Assembly (NCBI RefSeq): GCF_016863135.1
Contig: NZ_BOOH01000011.1
Span: 43,141-107,140 of the forward strand
DNA length: 64,000 nucleotides
Source: Planobispora longispora
GTDB lineage: Bacteria > Actinomycetota > Actinomycetes > Streptosporangiales > Streptosporangiaceae
Reading direction: 5' to 3'
In this document: positions 9,150 to 19,100 of the stretch, one piece after another
How the letters are laid out: every line of letters begins with the position of its first letter
Numbering within the stretch: the first letter of the stretch is position 1
Program-made: the position numbers and the translations under genes
The notes under the pieces: model-generated
Database searches by the model: none
Told to the model about the DNA's origin: nothing
Seen by the model: the letters and a program-made list of their open reading frames with translations, nothing else

Positions 9150-9983
9150 ATGGCGAAGAGCAACATGACCGCGACCCGCGTCAAGCCCGAAGTCTCGGAA
9201 CCGCTCACCCTGCGCGTGCTGCGGAGCGAGCGCGTCTCCCCCCACTTCATGCGCGTCACGCTCGGGGAGGGGGACATCGACCGGTTCACCCCGATGGGCT
9301 ACGACCAGTGGTTCCGGCTGTTCCTGCCGGTCTCCGACGACTCCCTGGCCCGCCTGCCCGGCAAGCTGACGACGCTGGCCTACGCCAGGTATCTCACCAT
9401 CCCCAAGAGCTCGCGTCCCATCCTGCGCAACTACTCGGTGCGCGCCTACCGCCCCGAGGGGCCCGAGGGGCCCGAGCTGGACGTCGACTTCGTGCTCCAC
9501 GGCTCACCCGGGGACGGGACCGCCGGCCCCGCGTCCACCTGGGCGCTCACCTGCCGACCGGGTGATCAGGTGGCCATCCTGGACGAGGGCATCAGCTTCA
9601 ACCCCCCGCCGGGGGTGCGCAGCGTCATGCTGGTGGCCGACGAGACGGGCTTGCCCGCGGCCGCCTCGGTACTCGCCTCGCTCCCGCGTGACATCGAAGG
9701 CCGGGCCGTCATCGAACTGCCCTCCCCGGACGACCGGCAGGACCTCGACGCGCCCCCCGGGGTGGAGGTGACCTGGGTGCCGCGCGAGGACCCGCACGAG
9801 GTTCCCGGCCGTGCGGCGCTGGCCCTCGCCCGGGAGCTGCCGGTCCCGGCCGAGTCGTTCTTCGGATGGGCGGTGGGGGAGCAGGCCCTGCCCGCCGCCC
9901 TGCGCCGCCACTGGATCGGGGCGGGGGTCCCGAAGGGGAACATCATGTTCTGCGGCTACTGGCGGGCGCCCGCCGCCCGGTAG
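9150..9983 (+). CDS. siderophore-interacting protein (FAD-binding ferric-siderophore reductase, ViuB/SIP family)
   Basis: FMRVTLGEGDIDRFTPMGYDQWFRLF and RNYSVRAYRPE are SIP FAD-binding motifs. ATG at 9150 is preceded by GAGGACCGAGGA. Confidence 0.8.
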   Translation: MAKSNMTATRVKPEVSEPLTLRVLRSERVSPHFMRVTLGEGDIDRFTPMGYDQWFRLFLPVSDDSLARLPGKLTTLAYARYLTIPKSSRPILRNYSVRAYRPEGPEGPELDVDFVLHGSPGDGTAGPASTWALTCRPGDQVAILDEGISFNPPPGVRSVMLVADETGLPAAASVLASLPRDIEGRAVIELPSPDDRQDLDAPPGVEVTWVPREDPHEVPGRAALALARELPVPAESFFGWAVGEQALPAALRRHWIGAGVPKGNIMFCGYWRAPAAR

Positions 9984-10064
9984 CCCCCGGACCCCGCTCC
10001 CGGCCCGTGCTCGCTCCCGGCCCGCAGCCGGGCCTGGAGCGGCGTGGCCGGTTCGATCCAGGTG

Positions 10065-11540
10065 TCATCCGCGCTCTTCGGGATCCCGCCCGGCCGTCTC
10101 CGCCCACCGGGCGAGCTGGCGCCGGGTCTCCAGCGTGTCCGGATGCTCGGCTCCGAGCAGCCGCTCGAACCCCGGCAGCAGGACGGCCATCCGGTCACGC
10201 GCCCCGGCGGCGTCTCCCGCTTCGCCCGTCATATGGGCGAGACTCTCGCGCAGCCGCAACGTGTGCAGGTGCTCGGCCCCGAACACCCGCTCGTGCGTCG
10301 GTAGCAGGGCGGCCAGCTGGTCGCGGGCGGCGGCCGGGTCCCCGGCGTCTCCCGTCCAGTAGGCGATGTTGTGCCGGGTGTCCAGCGTGTCCGGGTGCTC
10401 GGCTCCGAAGAGCCGCTCGTGTACCGGCAGCTGGGCGATCATTTGGTCGCGGGCGGCGGCCGGGTCTCCGGCCTTCGCCTTCCAGTAGGCGATGTTGCCC
10501 AAGGTGGCCAGCGTGTATTGATGCTCCGGCCCCAGGACCCGCTCGCGTATCGGCAACAGGGCGATCAGCTGGTCGCGGGCGGCGGCCGGGTCCCCGGCGT
10601 CTCCTATCGAGGAGGCGAGTTCGGCTCGGGTGATGAGGACGTCCGGGTGTTCGGCGCCCAGAACCCGTTCGCGCACCGGCAGCAGCGCGGTGAACTGGTC
10701 GCGGGCGGCGGCCGGGTCCCCGGCCTCCCGCGTCCAGTAGGCGAGGTACCCCCGGGCGGCCAGGGTGTTCGGGTGTTCGGCTCCGAACACGCGCTCGTAC
10801 AGCGGGAGCATGGCGGCGTACTGGTCGCGCGCCCCGGCCGCGTCCCCGGCCTTCCCCGTCATGCGGGCGAGGCTGTCACGCAGGATCAGCATGTCGGGAC
10901 AGTCAGCGCCCATGCCCCGTTCATACTCCGGTAGCAGGGTGGCCAGCTGGTCGCGGGCGAAGGCTGCGTCCCCGGCGTCTCCCGTCAAATAGGCGAGTTC
11001 GGCTCGGGTGATGAGAACGTCCGGGTGTTCGGCGCCCAGAACCCGTTTGATCGTCGGCAGCAGGGCGGCGTACTGGTCGCGGGCGGCGGCCGGATCCCCG
11101 GCCTGCCGGGTCCAGTGGGCGAGGTAGCCCCGGGCGGCCAGAGTGTCCGGGTGTTCGGCTCCGACTGCCCGCTCGTACAGCGGCACCAGGGCGGCGTACT
11201 GGTCGCGCGCCCCGGCCGCGTTCCCGTCCCTTCCCGTCCTGCGGGCGAGGCTGTCACGCAGCATCAGCGTGCCGAGGTCGAGGTGTCGGTCTTCCCGGAC
11301 TCGCTCGTACGGCGGTTCCGGAGCGGCGTACCGGACGTCGGCGGCGGCCGGATTCCCCGTCTTCCTCTTCCGGGTGGCGCGTTCGGCTCGGGTGAGCGGT
11401 GTGCCCGGGTGCCCGGCTCTCCGCGCGCGCCTGCGCATTCGCAGGAGGGCCGCGACAGCGATGACCACGGCACGACGCACTCGTGAGGAACCCGGCGGCG
11501 GGGTGATCGGAAACTCCTGCGGGTCGGGGGGAGTGGGCAT
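10065..11540 (-). CDS. tetratricopeptide-repeat protein (about ten tandem 42-aa TPR_12-like units), N-terminal hydrophobic segment
   Basis: Reiterated unit ARDQYAALLPxxERVLGAEHPDTLxxRxxLAYWTGxAGDPAA. Periodicity is consistent on the minus strand; the opposite-strand ORFs are artefacts. Confidence 0.7.
   Translation of the reverse strand: MPTPPDPQEFPITPPPGSSRVRRAVVIAVAALLRMRRRARRAGHPGTPLTRAERATRKRKTGNPAAADVRYAAPEPPYERVREDRHLDLGTLMLRDSLARRTGRDGNAAGARDQYAALVPLYERAVGAEHPDTLAARGYLAHWTRQAGDPAAARDQYAALLPTIKRVLGAEHPDVLITRAELAYLTGDAGDAAFARDQLATLLPEYERGMGADCPDMLILRDSLARMTGKAGDAAGARDQYAAMLPLYERVFGAEHPNTLAARGYLAYWTREAGDPAAARDQFTALLPVRERVLGAEHPDVLITRAELASSIGDAGDPAAARDQLIALLPIRERVLGPEHQYTLATLGNIAYWKAKAGDPAAARDQMIAQLPVHERLFGAEHPDTLDTRHNIAYWTGDAGDPAAARDQLAALLPTHERVFGAEHLHTLRLRESLAHMTGEAGDAAGARDRMAVLLPGFERLLGAEHPDTLETRRQLARWAETAGRDPEERG
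10110..11330 (-). repeat. in-frame ~126-bp tandem DNA repeats encoding the TPR units
   Basis: Near-identical 126-bp blocks (e.g. ...gtgttcggctccgaacacgcgctcgtacagcgg...) are visible about ten times across the gene. Confidence 0.55.
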
Positions 11541-11733
11541 GGCTCCCAGCGTGCCGCGCTAAAAGACCGATATATACATATGTGCCCTATCTGTTACCGA
11601 TCGTCCTCCAAATGGGGCGGGAAGCCCCGCTGCCCACAGGCGTGTCGTTTCGCCGTGTCGTTTCGCCGTGTCGGGCGGTACGGGGACGTGAAGTCCCCGG
11701 TGCCCGCCCGGATACGAATATAGGATCACGAAG

Positions 11734-12126
11734 ATGCGCATTGATCTGGTGACGATCATCGTGGACGACTACGACCGCGCCATCGACTTCTTCGTCACCG
11801 CCCTGGGCTTCGAGCTGGCCGAGGACGCGCCGTCGCTGACGAACGACGGCCGCCCGAAGCGCTGGGTGGTCGTGCGGCCGCCGGGCGGCGGGACCGGCGT
11901 CCTGCTCGCCCGCGCCGACGGCGAGCGTCAGGCCGCCGCCGTCGGCGACCAGGTGGCAGGCCGGGTGGGGTTCTTCCTCCGGGTGGACGACTTCGAGGCC
12001 GCCCACGAGCGGATGACGGCGGCGGGCGTCGCGTTCGTGACCGCGCCGCGCAGGGAGCCCTACGGGCGGATCGCCGTCTTCGAGGACGTCGCCGGCAACC
12101 GGTGGGACCTGCTCGGCCCGGCTTGA
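11734..12126 (+). CDS. VOC/glyoxalase-family protein
   Basis: MRIDLVTIIVDDYDRAIDFFVTALGFEL is a glyoxalase-fold N-terminus. Divergent from the TPR gene. Confidence 0.7.
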   Translation: MRIDLVTIIVDDYDRAIDFFVTALGFELAEDAPSLTNDGRPKRWVVVRPPGGGTGVLLARADGERQAAAVGDQVAGRVGFFLRVDDFEAAHERMTAAGVAFVTAPRREPYGRIAVFEDVAGNRWDLLGPA

Positions 12127-12232
12127 GACGTTCCTCGGAGGCGCCGATCCGGGTGGTGAGCCCGGGGGCGGGAGCCGAGGCGAACGGAAAAGCCCGGCGG
12201 AGACGGGCCGCCCCTCAGATGCTGACCGCTCC

Positions 12233-13426
12233 TCAGAGGCTGACCGTCCGGCCGGTGAGGCGCCGCACCCCTGCCGCGATCCAGATCGTGGCCAGTCCGG
12301 CGTAGGTGCTCAGCATCACGGCGGACATCGAGGCCAGGACCGCTGACACGGCGATGACGAGTGCCAGCAGGCCCGCCCAGCCGTACAGCACGATCCGTGC
12401 GAGCGGCGAGCCGGTGTGCACCGTCTCCTGGACGGGAGTGATCAGAGCCATGACCGCCGCACCCGCCGCGCCCACGACCTCGTGGGAGGACACCGCGCCC
12501 AGCACGATCAGCGTCGCGCCCGCGGCCAGGAGGGCGCAGCACAGGCCGGCCATCCGGACCTCCGCGCGCTCGAAGAGCAGCCTGGCGTCCCCGGCGCGCG
12601 CCAGGCGCAGGGTGGTGAACGCCTCGACGGTCCAGGCCACCCAGTGCAGCAGCGCGACGAGCAGCAGGAGGATGATGAGCATCGGCGCCGCGGGCAGCAG
12701 CAGCACCACCCACCACCTGCCGAAGAACCTGCCGCGCAACCGGTCCAGCGCCCGGTAGAGGGGGTTGCGCCGCTTGAGCGCCTTCAGCAGGAGGTCCCTC
12801 GCCTCGCCGAAACCGGGATCGAGGCGGAGCACCTCGCGGAAGGCGCGGGCGGCGTGGCCGGGGTCGCCGAACTCCAGCGCCACCCGCCCGTACGCCAGGT
12901 GGGCCAGCGCGTCCTCCGGGTCCAGCCGTACGGCCTGCGCCGCGGCGTCCCGGGCCTGGGCGACCTCGCCGAGCGCGGTGAGGGCGAGTGCCAGCAGGCC
13001 GGCCGACTCGGCGTCCTGCGGGTCGAGGGCCAGGCCGCGACGGGAGGCGTCCGCCGCCTCGGTCCACTGTCCCGCCCGCAGGTGCGCCCGGGACAGGAAC
13101 CTCCAGATCGGCGCGTACCCGGGTTCGATGGCCAGGGCGGCGCGGAGGGTGGCGATCGCGTCGCCGGGCCGTCCCGCCATCAGGTAAACCTGACCGGCCA
13201 CGTAGTGCGGGAACCACTGGTCCGGCGCGAGCCGTACCGCTTCGCGCGCCTCGCCGACCGCCTCGGACGGCATCCGCTGCTCGGCCAGGGCGATGCCCAG
13301 CAGGGCGTGCACCTCGGCGTGTTCCGGGTCCCGGGCGAGCACCCCGCGCAGTTCCCGCTCGGCCTCCGCCGGGCGGCGCAGCTTCAGCAGCGTCCGTGCC
13401 CGCTCGATCAGGGTGTCGGCGGTCAC
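12233..13426 (-). CDS. TPR-repeat protein with C-terminal multi-pass membrane domain
   Basis: TPR-like helical N-half (AEVHALLGIALAEQRMPSEAVGEAREAVRLAPDQ...) then hydrophobic segments (WWVVLLLPAAPMLIILLLLVALLHWVAW, LCCALLAAGATLIVLGAV, IVLYGWAGLLALVIAVSAVL). The chosen GTG start overlaps the upstream AAA gene stop (GTGA); the track ORF extends to an ATG at 13513 inside the upstream gene. Confidence 0.55.
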   Translation of the reverse strand: MTADTLIERARTLLKLRRPAEAERELRGVLARDPEHAEVHALLGIALAEQRMPSEAVGEAREAVRLAPDQWFPHYVAGQVYLMAGRPGDAIATLRAALAIEPGYAPIWRFLSRAHLRAGQWTEAADASRRGLALDPQDAESAGLLALALTALGEVAQARDAAAQAVRLDPEDALAHLAYGRVALEFGDPGHAARAFREVLRLDPGFGEARDLLLKALKRRNPLYRALDRLRGRFFGRWWVVLLLPAAPMLIILLLLVALLHWVAWTVEAFTTLRLARAGDARLLFERAEVRMAGLCCALLAAGATLIVLGAVSSHEVVGAAGAAVMALITPVQETVHTGSPLARIVLYGWAGLLALVIAVSAVLASMSAVMLSTYAGLATIWIAAGVRRLTGRTVSL

Positions 13427-14757
13427 CGGATGTCCTCGATCCAGGGCATCAGCTCGTCCCAGGCGCCGGAGTCGTTGGCGTGCAGCACGTAGTTGCGCGC
13501 GGTGGCCAGCCATTCCCGTACGGCGGTCGGCCTGGCGTCGCGGGCCGCGGCCAGCAGGTCCTGCGTCGTCAGCGGGACGAGGCGGCCCGCGCTGATCGAC
13601 TGCTGGAGCTTGGCCTCCACCGCCCGGTCGACCACGCCCTTCAGGTCCGCGCCGGCGAACTGGTCGGTGGCCCGCGCGACCGCGTCGAAGTCCATCTCGG
13701 CCAGGGGTTTGTCACGGCAGAGGATGCGCAGGATGGCGGCCCGCGCCGCGACGTCGGGCGGGGGAACGAACACCAGCTGGTCGAACCGGCCGGGGCGGCG
13801 GAAGGCCGCGTCGACGTACCAGGGGGCGTTGGTGGCCGCCAGTACCAGCACCCCTTCGTTGGCGCGTTCGTCCACGCCGTCGAGCTCGGCCAGGAACTGG
13901 TTGACCAGCTGGCGGTTGTGCGCCTGGCGCATGTCGGCGCGGCGGGCGGCCAGCGCGTCGACCTCGTCGAAGAACAGCACGCACGGCCGGTTGCGGCGGG
14001 CCAGGTTGAACGTGGCCCGCAGGTTGCGCTCGCTCGAACCGATGTACATGTCCAGGATGTCGGCCAGGCCGACGTCGACGAACGACGCGCCGAGCTCGCC
14101 GGCGGCGGCCCGGGCCAGGTGGGTCTTGCCCGCTCCCGGCGGGCCGTACATCATCACCCCGCCACCGGCCCGCTTGCCGAACGCGGCGAACAGCTCCGGC
14201 TGCTGGACGGGGAGCAGGAGCTTGATCCGCAGCGCTTCCTTGACGGCGTCCATCCCCGCCACGTCGGCGAAGGTGACGCGGGAGCGCACCGCCTCCACGC
14301 CGGTCTCGCCGGACGGCCCGGGCGCGGGACGCGCGGGGACGGCCGGGACGGGCTGCGGCGGCGCCAGCCGCGCGGCCAGATCGGGATCGGCGACCGCCGG
14401 GTCGCGGGAGACCGCGTCACGGTAGCGCTGGGCCGCGCCGGTCGTGTCGCCCTCGCCGAGCAGCGCCCTGGCCGCGATCACTCCGAGCCGAGGGGGATGG
14501 CCGGGCACGGTCAGGAACGGTTCGAGCGCCGAGAGCGCGGCGCCGTGGGAGTTCTGCCGCACGAAGGCCTCCGCCAGCCCGGCCGCGACGTCCGGATCCC
14601 TGGGAGCCAGCCGGAGCGCGGCGCGGTACTCGGTCTCGGCCTCGGCGAGATATCCCCGGGCCAGGAGCTGTTCGGCGAGATGCCGCCGCAGGGGGAGGTT
14701 CTCCGGGGAGAGACGCGCCGCTTCGCGAAGCGCCTGGAGCCCAGCGTCGTCGAGCAC
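13423..14757 (-). CDS. AAA+ ATPase with N-terminal TPR domain
   Basis: Walker A MMYGPPGAGKTHLA, Walker B VLFFDEVDAL and an SRH region. The N-terminal ~100 aa is TPR-like. GTG start at 14757. Confidence 0.8.
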   Translation of the reverse strand: MLDDAGLQALREAARLSPENLPLRRHLAEQLLARGYLAEAETEYRAALRLAPRDPDVAAGLAEAFVRQNSHGAALSALEPFLTVPGHPPRLGVIAARALLGEGDTTGAAQRYRDAVSRDPAVADPDLAARLAPPQPVPAVPARPAPGPSGETGVEAVRSRVTFADVAGMDAVKEALRIKLLLPVQQPELFAAFGKRAGGGVMMYGPPGAGKTHLARAAAGELGASFVDVGLADILDMYIGSSERNLRATFNLARRNRPCVLFFDEVDALAARRADMRQAHNRQLVNQFLAELDGVDERANEGVLVLAATNAPWYVDAAFRRPGRFDQLVFVPPPDVAARAAILRILCRDKPLAEMDFDAVARATDQFAGADLKGVVDRAVEAKLQQSISAGRLVPLTTQDLLAAARDARPTAVREWLATARNYVLHANDSGAWDELMPWIEDIR

Positions 14758-14967
14758 GTGCCCGATCCCTTCTCACGAGAAGGATGGTCGATTCCAGCCC
14801 GGGTAAGGGTATCCGAATCGTCAGACCAGGTGATCGGCTGTGGGCGCGGGGCATCCACGGCCGGGCCGCGTGACGCCGGCGGGGCCGCGTGGCGTCAACG
14901 GGGCGGTGTCCGGGACGCGGCGGGCGGTGGCGGCCAGGGCGGGGAGGGCAGGCGGAGAGGGGAGCGG

Positions 14968-15909
14968 TCAGGTCTTGTCCTGGTCGGAGTCGGCGGAGAA
15001 GACGATGGCCCCCACGTAGCCCTCGCCCTCCCGGGTGACCTTCATGAGCATGCTCGGCTGGTAGATGTTGTCGCCGTCGTTGAAGGTGTCCCGGCCGGTG
15101 CGCTGGGCGTACGGCTGGCTCTCGAACACCTTCGTGTTGACGGTCTCGTCGAACATGACCTGCGTGGTCAGCACCCGGGCGCCGCCGACGTGGACCATCG
15201 CGTGGATGTGCACGGTCCGGCCCCGGTACCAGCCCGGCCAGATCGTGACGAACTGGACGATCCCATCGGCTCCCGTGACCTGGGCGCCGCGCAGGTAGCG
15301 CTTGTCGTCGACCGGGCTGAGATCGCCCATGTCGCCCCCGCCCCGGCCCGGATCGCCCGACGGGCCGCCGGGGGGAGGGGTGTCCCGGCCGGGGCCGCCG
15401 GGGGGAGGGGTGCCCTGACCGGGACCGCCCGTGGGCGGCGTGCCCGGCGGGGTGCCGACGCCCGGGCCGCCCTCCTGGCCGCTCCCCGACGACAGCGACT
15501 CCGCGCCCGAGTAGATGCCCCCGGCGTCGCAGTGCCAGATCTCGACCACGGTGTCGGGCAGCGGCGTGCAGGTCTCGCTGTCCTGCACCTTGATCGCCAC
15601 CCGGAGCGGGACGCCCTCCCGGTCCTCGCGGATGTCGCTGCGGATCTTGTCCGCGTCGAAGTAGTACGGCCCCTGCGTGGTGGTCTGGGTCAGCGTGCAG
15701 GTGTTCGCCCCGGCGAACAGGTCCTCCAGACCGGAGGTGGCCGCGGTCGTCGGTGAGATGGCGGTGGTCGAGCCCGTGGAGGTGGTGACCGTCGAGGGGG
15801 TCCCGGCCTGCTCGCCGCAGGCCGCCAGGAGCGCGCCCAGCCCGATCGTGCCGATCCCGGCGAGCGCCGTACGGCGGCTGACCCGCCGGCCCTCGTGATC
15901 GTGCCCCAT
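14968..15909 (-). CDS. intradiol ring-cleavage dioxygenase-like protein, Tat-secreted lipoprotein
   Basis: Twin-arginine signal RRVSRRTALAGIGTIGLGALLAAC with a lipobox Cys. Dioxygenase motifs VVEIWHCDAGGIYSG and GRTVHIHAMVH. An internal Gly/Pro-rich insert is present. Confidence 0.75.
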   Translation of the reverse strand: MGHDHEGRRVSRRTALAGIGTIGLGALLAACGEQAGTPSTVTTSTGSTTAISPTTAATSGLEDLFAGANTCTLTQTTTQGPYYFDADKIRSDIREDREGVPLRVAIKVQDSETCTPLPDTVVEIWHCDAGGIYSGAESLSSGSGQEGGPGVGTPPGTPPTGGPGQGTPPPGGPGRDTPPPGGPSGDPGRGGGDMGDLSPVDDKRYLRGAQVTGADGIVQFVTIWPGWYRGRTVHIHAMVHVGGARVLTTQVMFDETVNTKVFESQPYAQRTGRDTFNDGDNIYQPSMLMKVTREGEGYVGAIVFSADSDQDKT

Positions 15910-16041
15910 GTGATCCGTCCCTTCGAAGCCTGCCCGTACGGCCGCATGACCGGTATGGCGGGAAAAGTACGGAGGGAGCGTGAGAATCATCTTAGAACGC
16001 CCCGAGAACGGGCTTATGAAGGGCGCGCGGGCCGCGGGATC

Positions 16042-16113
16042 GCGCTCGGGCGAAGGGGGCGTGCTCCGGCGAACGAGGGTGTGCTCAGGCGGAACGGGAG
16101 CGCGCTCAGGCGA
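16042..16113. repeat. four degenerate ~19-bp tandem repeats (GYGYGCTCNGGCGAAGG) abutting the P450 stop codon
   Basis: gcgcgctcgggcgaaggggg / cgtgctccggcgaacgaggg / tgtgctcaggcggaacggga / gcgcgctcaggcgaagacg. The last unit contains the P450 TGA (minus strand). Confidence 0.45.
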
Positions 16114-19100
16114 AGACGTCCTGCTGGTAGCGGCCCTCGGCCTCCAGCCCGCGCAGCCACGCCTCGCCGTCCCCGCCGGTCCTGCTCTCGTAGATCCCGG
16201 CCAGGGCGCGCCGTACGGCCGGCGCCATCCGCAGCCCGTCCCCGCACACGTACACGTGCGCCCCGCGCTCCAGCAGCTCCCACACCCGGTCGGCCTCGGC
16301 GGCCACCGCGTCCTGCACGAACCGGAACCGGTGCCCCGGGACCGCGGAGAACGCGGTGTGCACCCGGGCGACCCCGTCGCGCTCCCAGCCCTCCAGCTCC
16401 CTCCGGTACAGCCAGTCGTGGCCGGGGTGGCGGCAGCCGGTGAAGACCTCGGCCGGGCCGCTCGCCCCCGACAGCGCCCGGTCCTCCAGGAAGCCGCGGA
16501 GCGGGGCGAAGCCGGTGCCGGGGCCGATGAGGATCACCGGGACGGCCGGGTCGCCGGGCAGCCGGAACGGGGGAGCCGGGACGCGGACGTAGCCGTAGAA
16601 CACCTCGCCGGGCGCCAGGCCCGCCAGGTAGGCCGAGCACGTGCCGCGGTACTCGCCGGCGCCGGACCAGGCGGGGCCCTCCACCAGCCCGACGGTGATC
16701 CGCACCGTCCCCGGATCGGCCAGCGGCGAGGAGGAGATCGAGTAGTAGCGCGGCCGGATCGGCCCCGTCATCTCCAGGAAGAGCGGGAGCGGCAGCGTGA
16801 TCGCGGGGAAGCGCTCCAGCAGGGCGAGCACGGAGACCCGCTTGGTCAGGATCTCCTCGGCGTAGTCGAGTGCGGCGAGCTGCCCGCGGGTCCACGGGCA
16901 CTCGGTGTGCGCGGCGAGCGTCTCCAGGTCGGAGCGGGTGGCCACGTCCTGCAGCTCGGCGAACTCGGCCAGCAGCAGCCCGGCCGTGACCGGGGTGTCC
17001 GTCGGCAGGTGGGTGGCGCCCCGGGCGCGCAGCCGTACCACCCGGTCGCGGGGGACGCGCAGGCAGCGCAGCGCCCACTCCACCAGCTCCGGGTCGTTCT
17101 TGGCGAAGACCGCCAGGTGGTCGCCGGCCGTGTAGGAGACGCCCTCGGGCAGCCTCGCCGTGATCGAGCGCACGCCCGCGCGGGGCGCCTCCAGGGAGAA
17201 GTCCCAGAGTCCGGCCGGGTCGCCGGTCAGCTCCTCACCGGCGATCACGGTCAGCGGGACGGCCCGGTCCGAGACGACGGCGGGCCGGACGTCGGCCTCG
17301 GTGAGGATCTCCATCTCGTAGCGCGGCCCGCCGCCTGCGTCGCCTCCGGAAGCCGCGCCGTACTCGGCGGCCAGCGCCGCCCACAGGGCCGAGGTCCAGG
17401 CGGTGACGTCGCCGTCGAGGTCGCCGTCGGCGTCGGCCTCCCCGCGCTCCACCAGCGGTACGGCCCCCGCCCCGGTGAGCTTGGCGAAGGCCCGCCGGGG
17501 GAACTCCTGGTAGCTGGGCCACTGGGTGTCGCCGCAGCCCAGCAGCGCCAGCCGTACCCCGTCCAGCGGCGGCAGCTCTTCCAGGGCGTCGAACGCCTGG
17601 GCGTTGTCGGGGGCCCTGCCGTTGTAGCTGGAGGCGACGATCACCAGGGGACCGCTCGCGGGCGGGGCGGCGGCCAGCTCGTCCAGGGTCGTCAGGGTGA
17701 CGGCGAACCCGGCCCGCCCGGCCCGCCCGGCCAGCCGCTCGGCGATGTCGGCGCAGGTGCCGAGGTTGGAACCGTAGGCGACGGTGAGGCCGGTCCCGGT
17801 GACGGCCATCTCCACCGGCTGCTCGTCGGCGGTCCGGCCCGCCCCGGTCTCTCCGGAGGCGTTCCTCTCGTACGGCATGCGCTCCCGGACCCGGAGCGTG
17901 AACCCCTCCGGCTTGAGGGTGAGGGTCTGCTTGACCTTGATCCGGTAGGCGTCCGGGTCGGAGATCGCGAACCGCTGGAGGACGAGCGCGAGGGCCAGAC
18001 GCGCCTCGGTCAGCGCGAACTGCCGTCCGATGCAGGCGCGCTCGCCGTTGCCGAACGGCTTGTAGGCCGCCGGGTGGTGCTCCTTCCTGCGCTCGGGGAG
18101 CCAGCGGTCGATGTCGAACTCCCCGGGCCGCTGCCACGCCTTCGGGTGCCGGTGCAGCGGGGGCAGGAGCACGACGGTCGTCTGCCCCTTGCGCACCGGG
18201 TAGCCGCCGATCTCGGTGTCCGCGAAGGGTTTGACGGCGAAGGCCGGGATGGGGGACCAGATCCGCAGCGTCTCCTCCAGGACGCGGGGGATCACGTCCA
18301 GCTTCATGATCGTCTCATAGGAGGGCGCGGCGTCGCCGGGCAGCAGCCGGTCGACCTCGGCGTAGGCGCGGGCGAGCACGTGCGGGTTGCGCAGCAGGTT
18401 GTACAGGGCGAAGGAGAGCAGGCCGCTGGTGGTCTCGTGTCCGGCGATCAGGAAGGTCAGGACCTGGTTGCGGATGTTCTCGTCCGGCAGCCGCCGTCCG
18501 GTCTTCGGGTCGGCGGCCCCCAGCATCAGGCCGAGCAGGTCCCTGGTCGAGGTGTCGCCCGCGGCGCGCCGCTGCCGGATGACGTCGTCCACCAGGTCCT
18601 GCATGGCCCGGATGTCGGCCCGGTAGGCGGCCTCCTGCTTCTTCATCATCCTGGTGACCAGGGGGAGCCGCCGGTTGCGGAGCATCGCCTCGGTCAGGGC
18701 GCGCCCCATCGCCTGCAGGAACGGGTGGAGCTCGGGCGAGGCGAAGGAGTCGAACCGGTAGTCGAAGCCGGTCAGCGAGATCGTGTCCAGGGTGAGCCTG
18801 GTCATGTCGTCGGAGACGGGCAGGTCCTCGCCCTGCCTGCGCTCCCAGGACGCGACGAGCTGCCGGGCCACCTCCAGCATCTGCGGGAAGTACGCCTTCA
18901 TGGAGCGCTGGCTGAAGGCGGGCATCAGGATGCGGTGCGCCTGGCCCCAGACCGGCTCGTTGCCGCGGGCGGTGAACAGCCCGTCGCCGCCGAAGTCGCG
19001 GACGATGGACAGCGGCGGGTCGATGCCCTTGTAGAAGCGCGTCTCGTCGCAGACCTCGGCGACCAGGTCGGGGTCGTAGACGAACAGCACCCTGCGGCCG

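Noticed and set aside
10040-10060. tRNA-like T-loop fragment (ggttcgatcc)
   Set aside because: Lacks a full GGTTCGANTCC box, flanking acceptor/anticodon stems and a CCA context. Taken as chance GC-rich sequence just past the TPR gene 3' end.
16042-16113. Possible CRISPR array
   Set aside because: Units are about 19 bp, degenerate and directly abutting, with no spacers and no cas genes. Same conclusion for 59260..59392 and 33900..34010.
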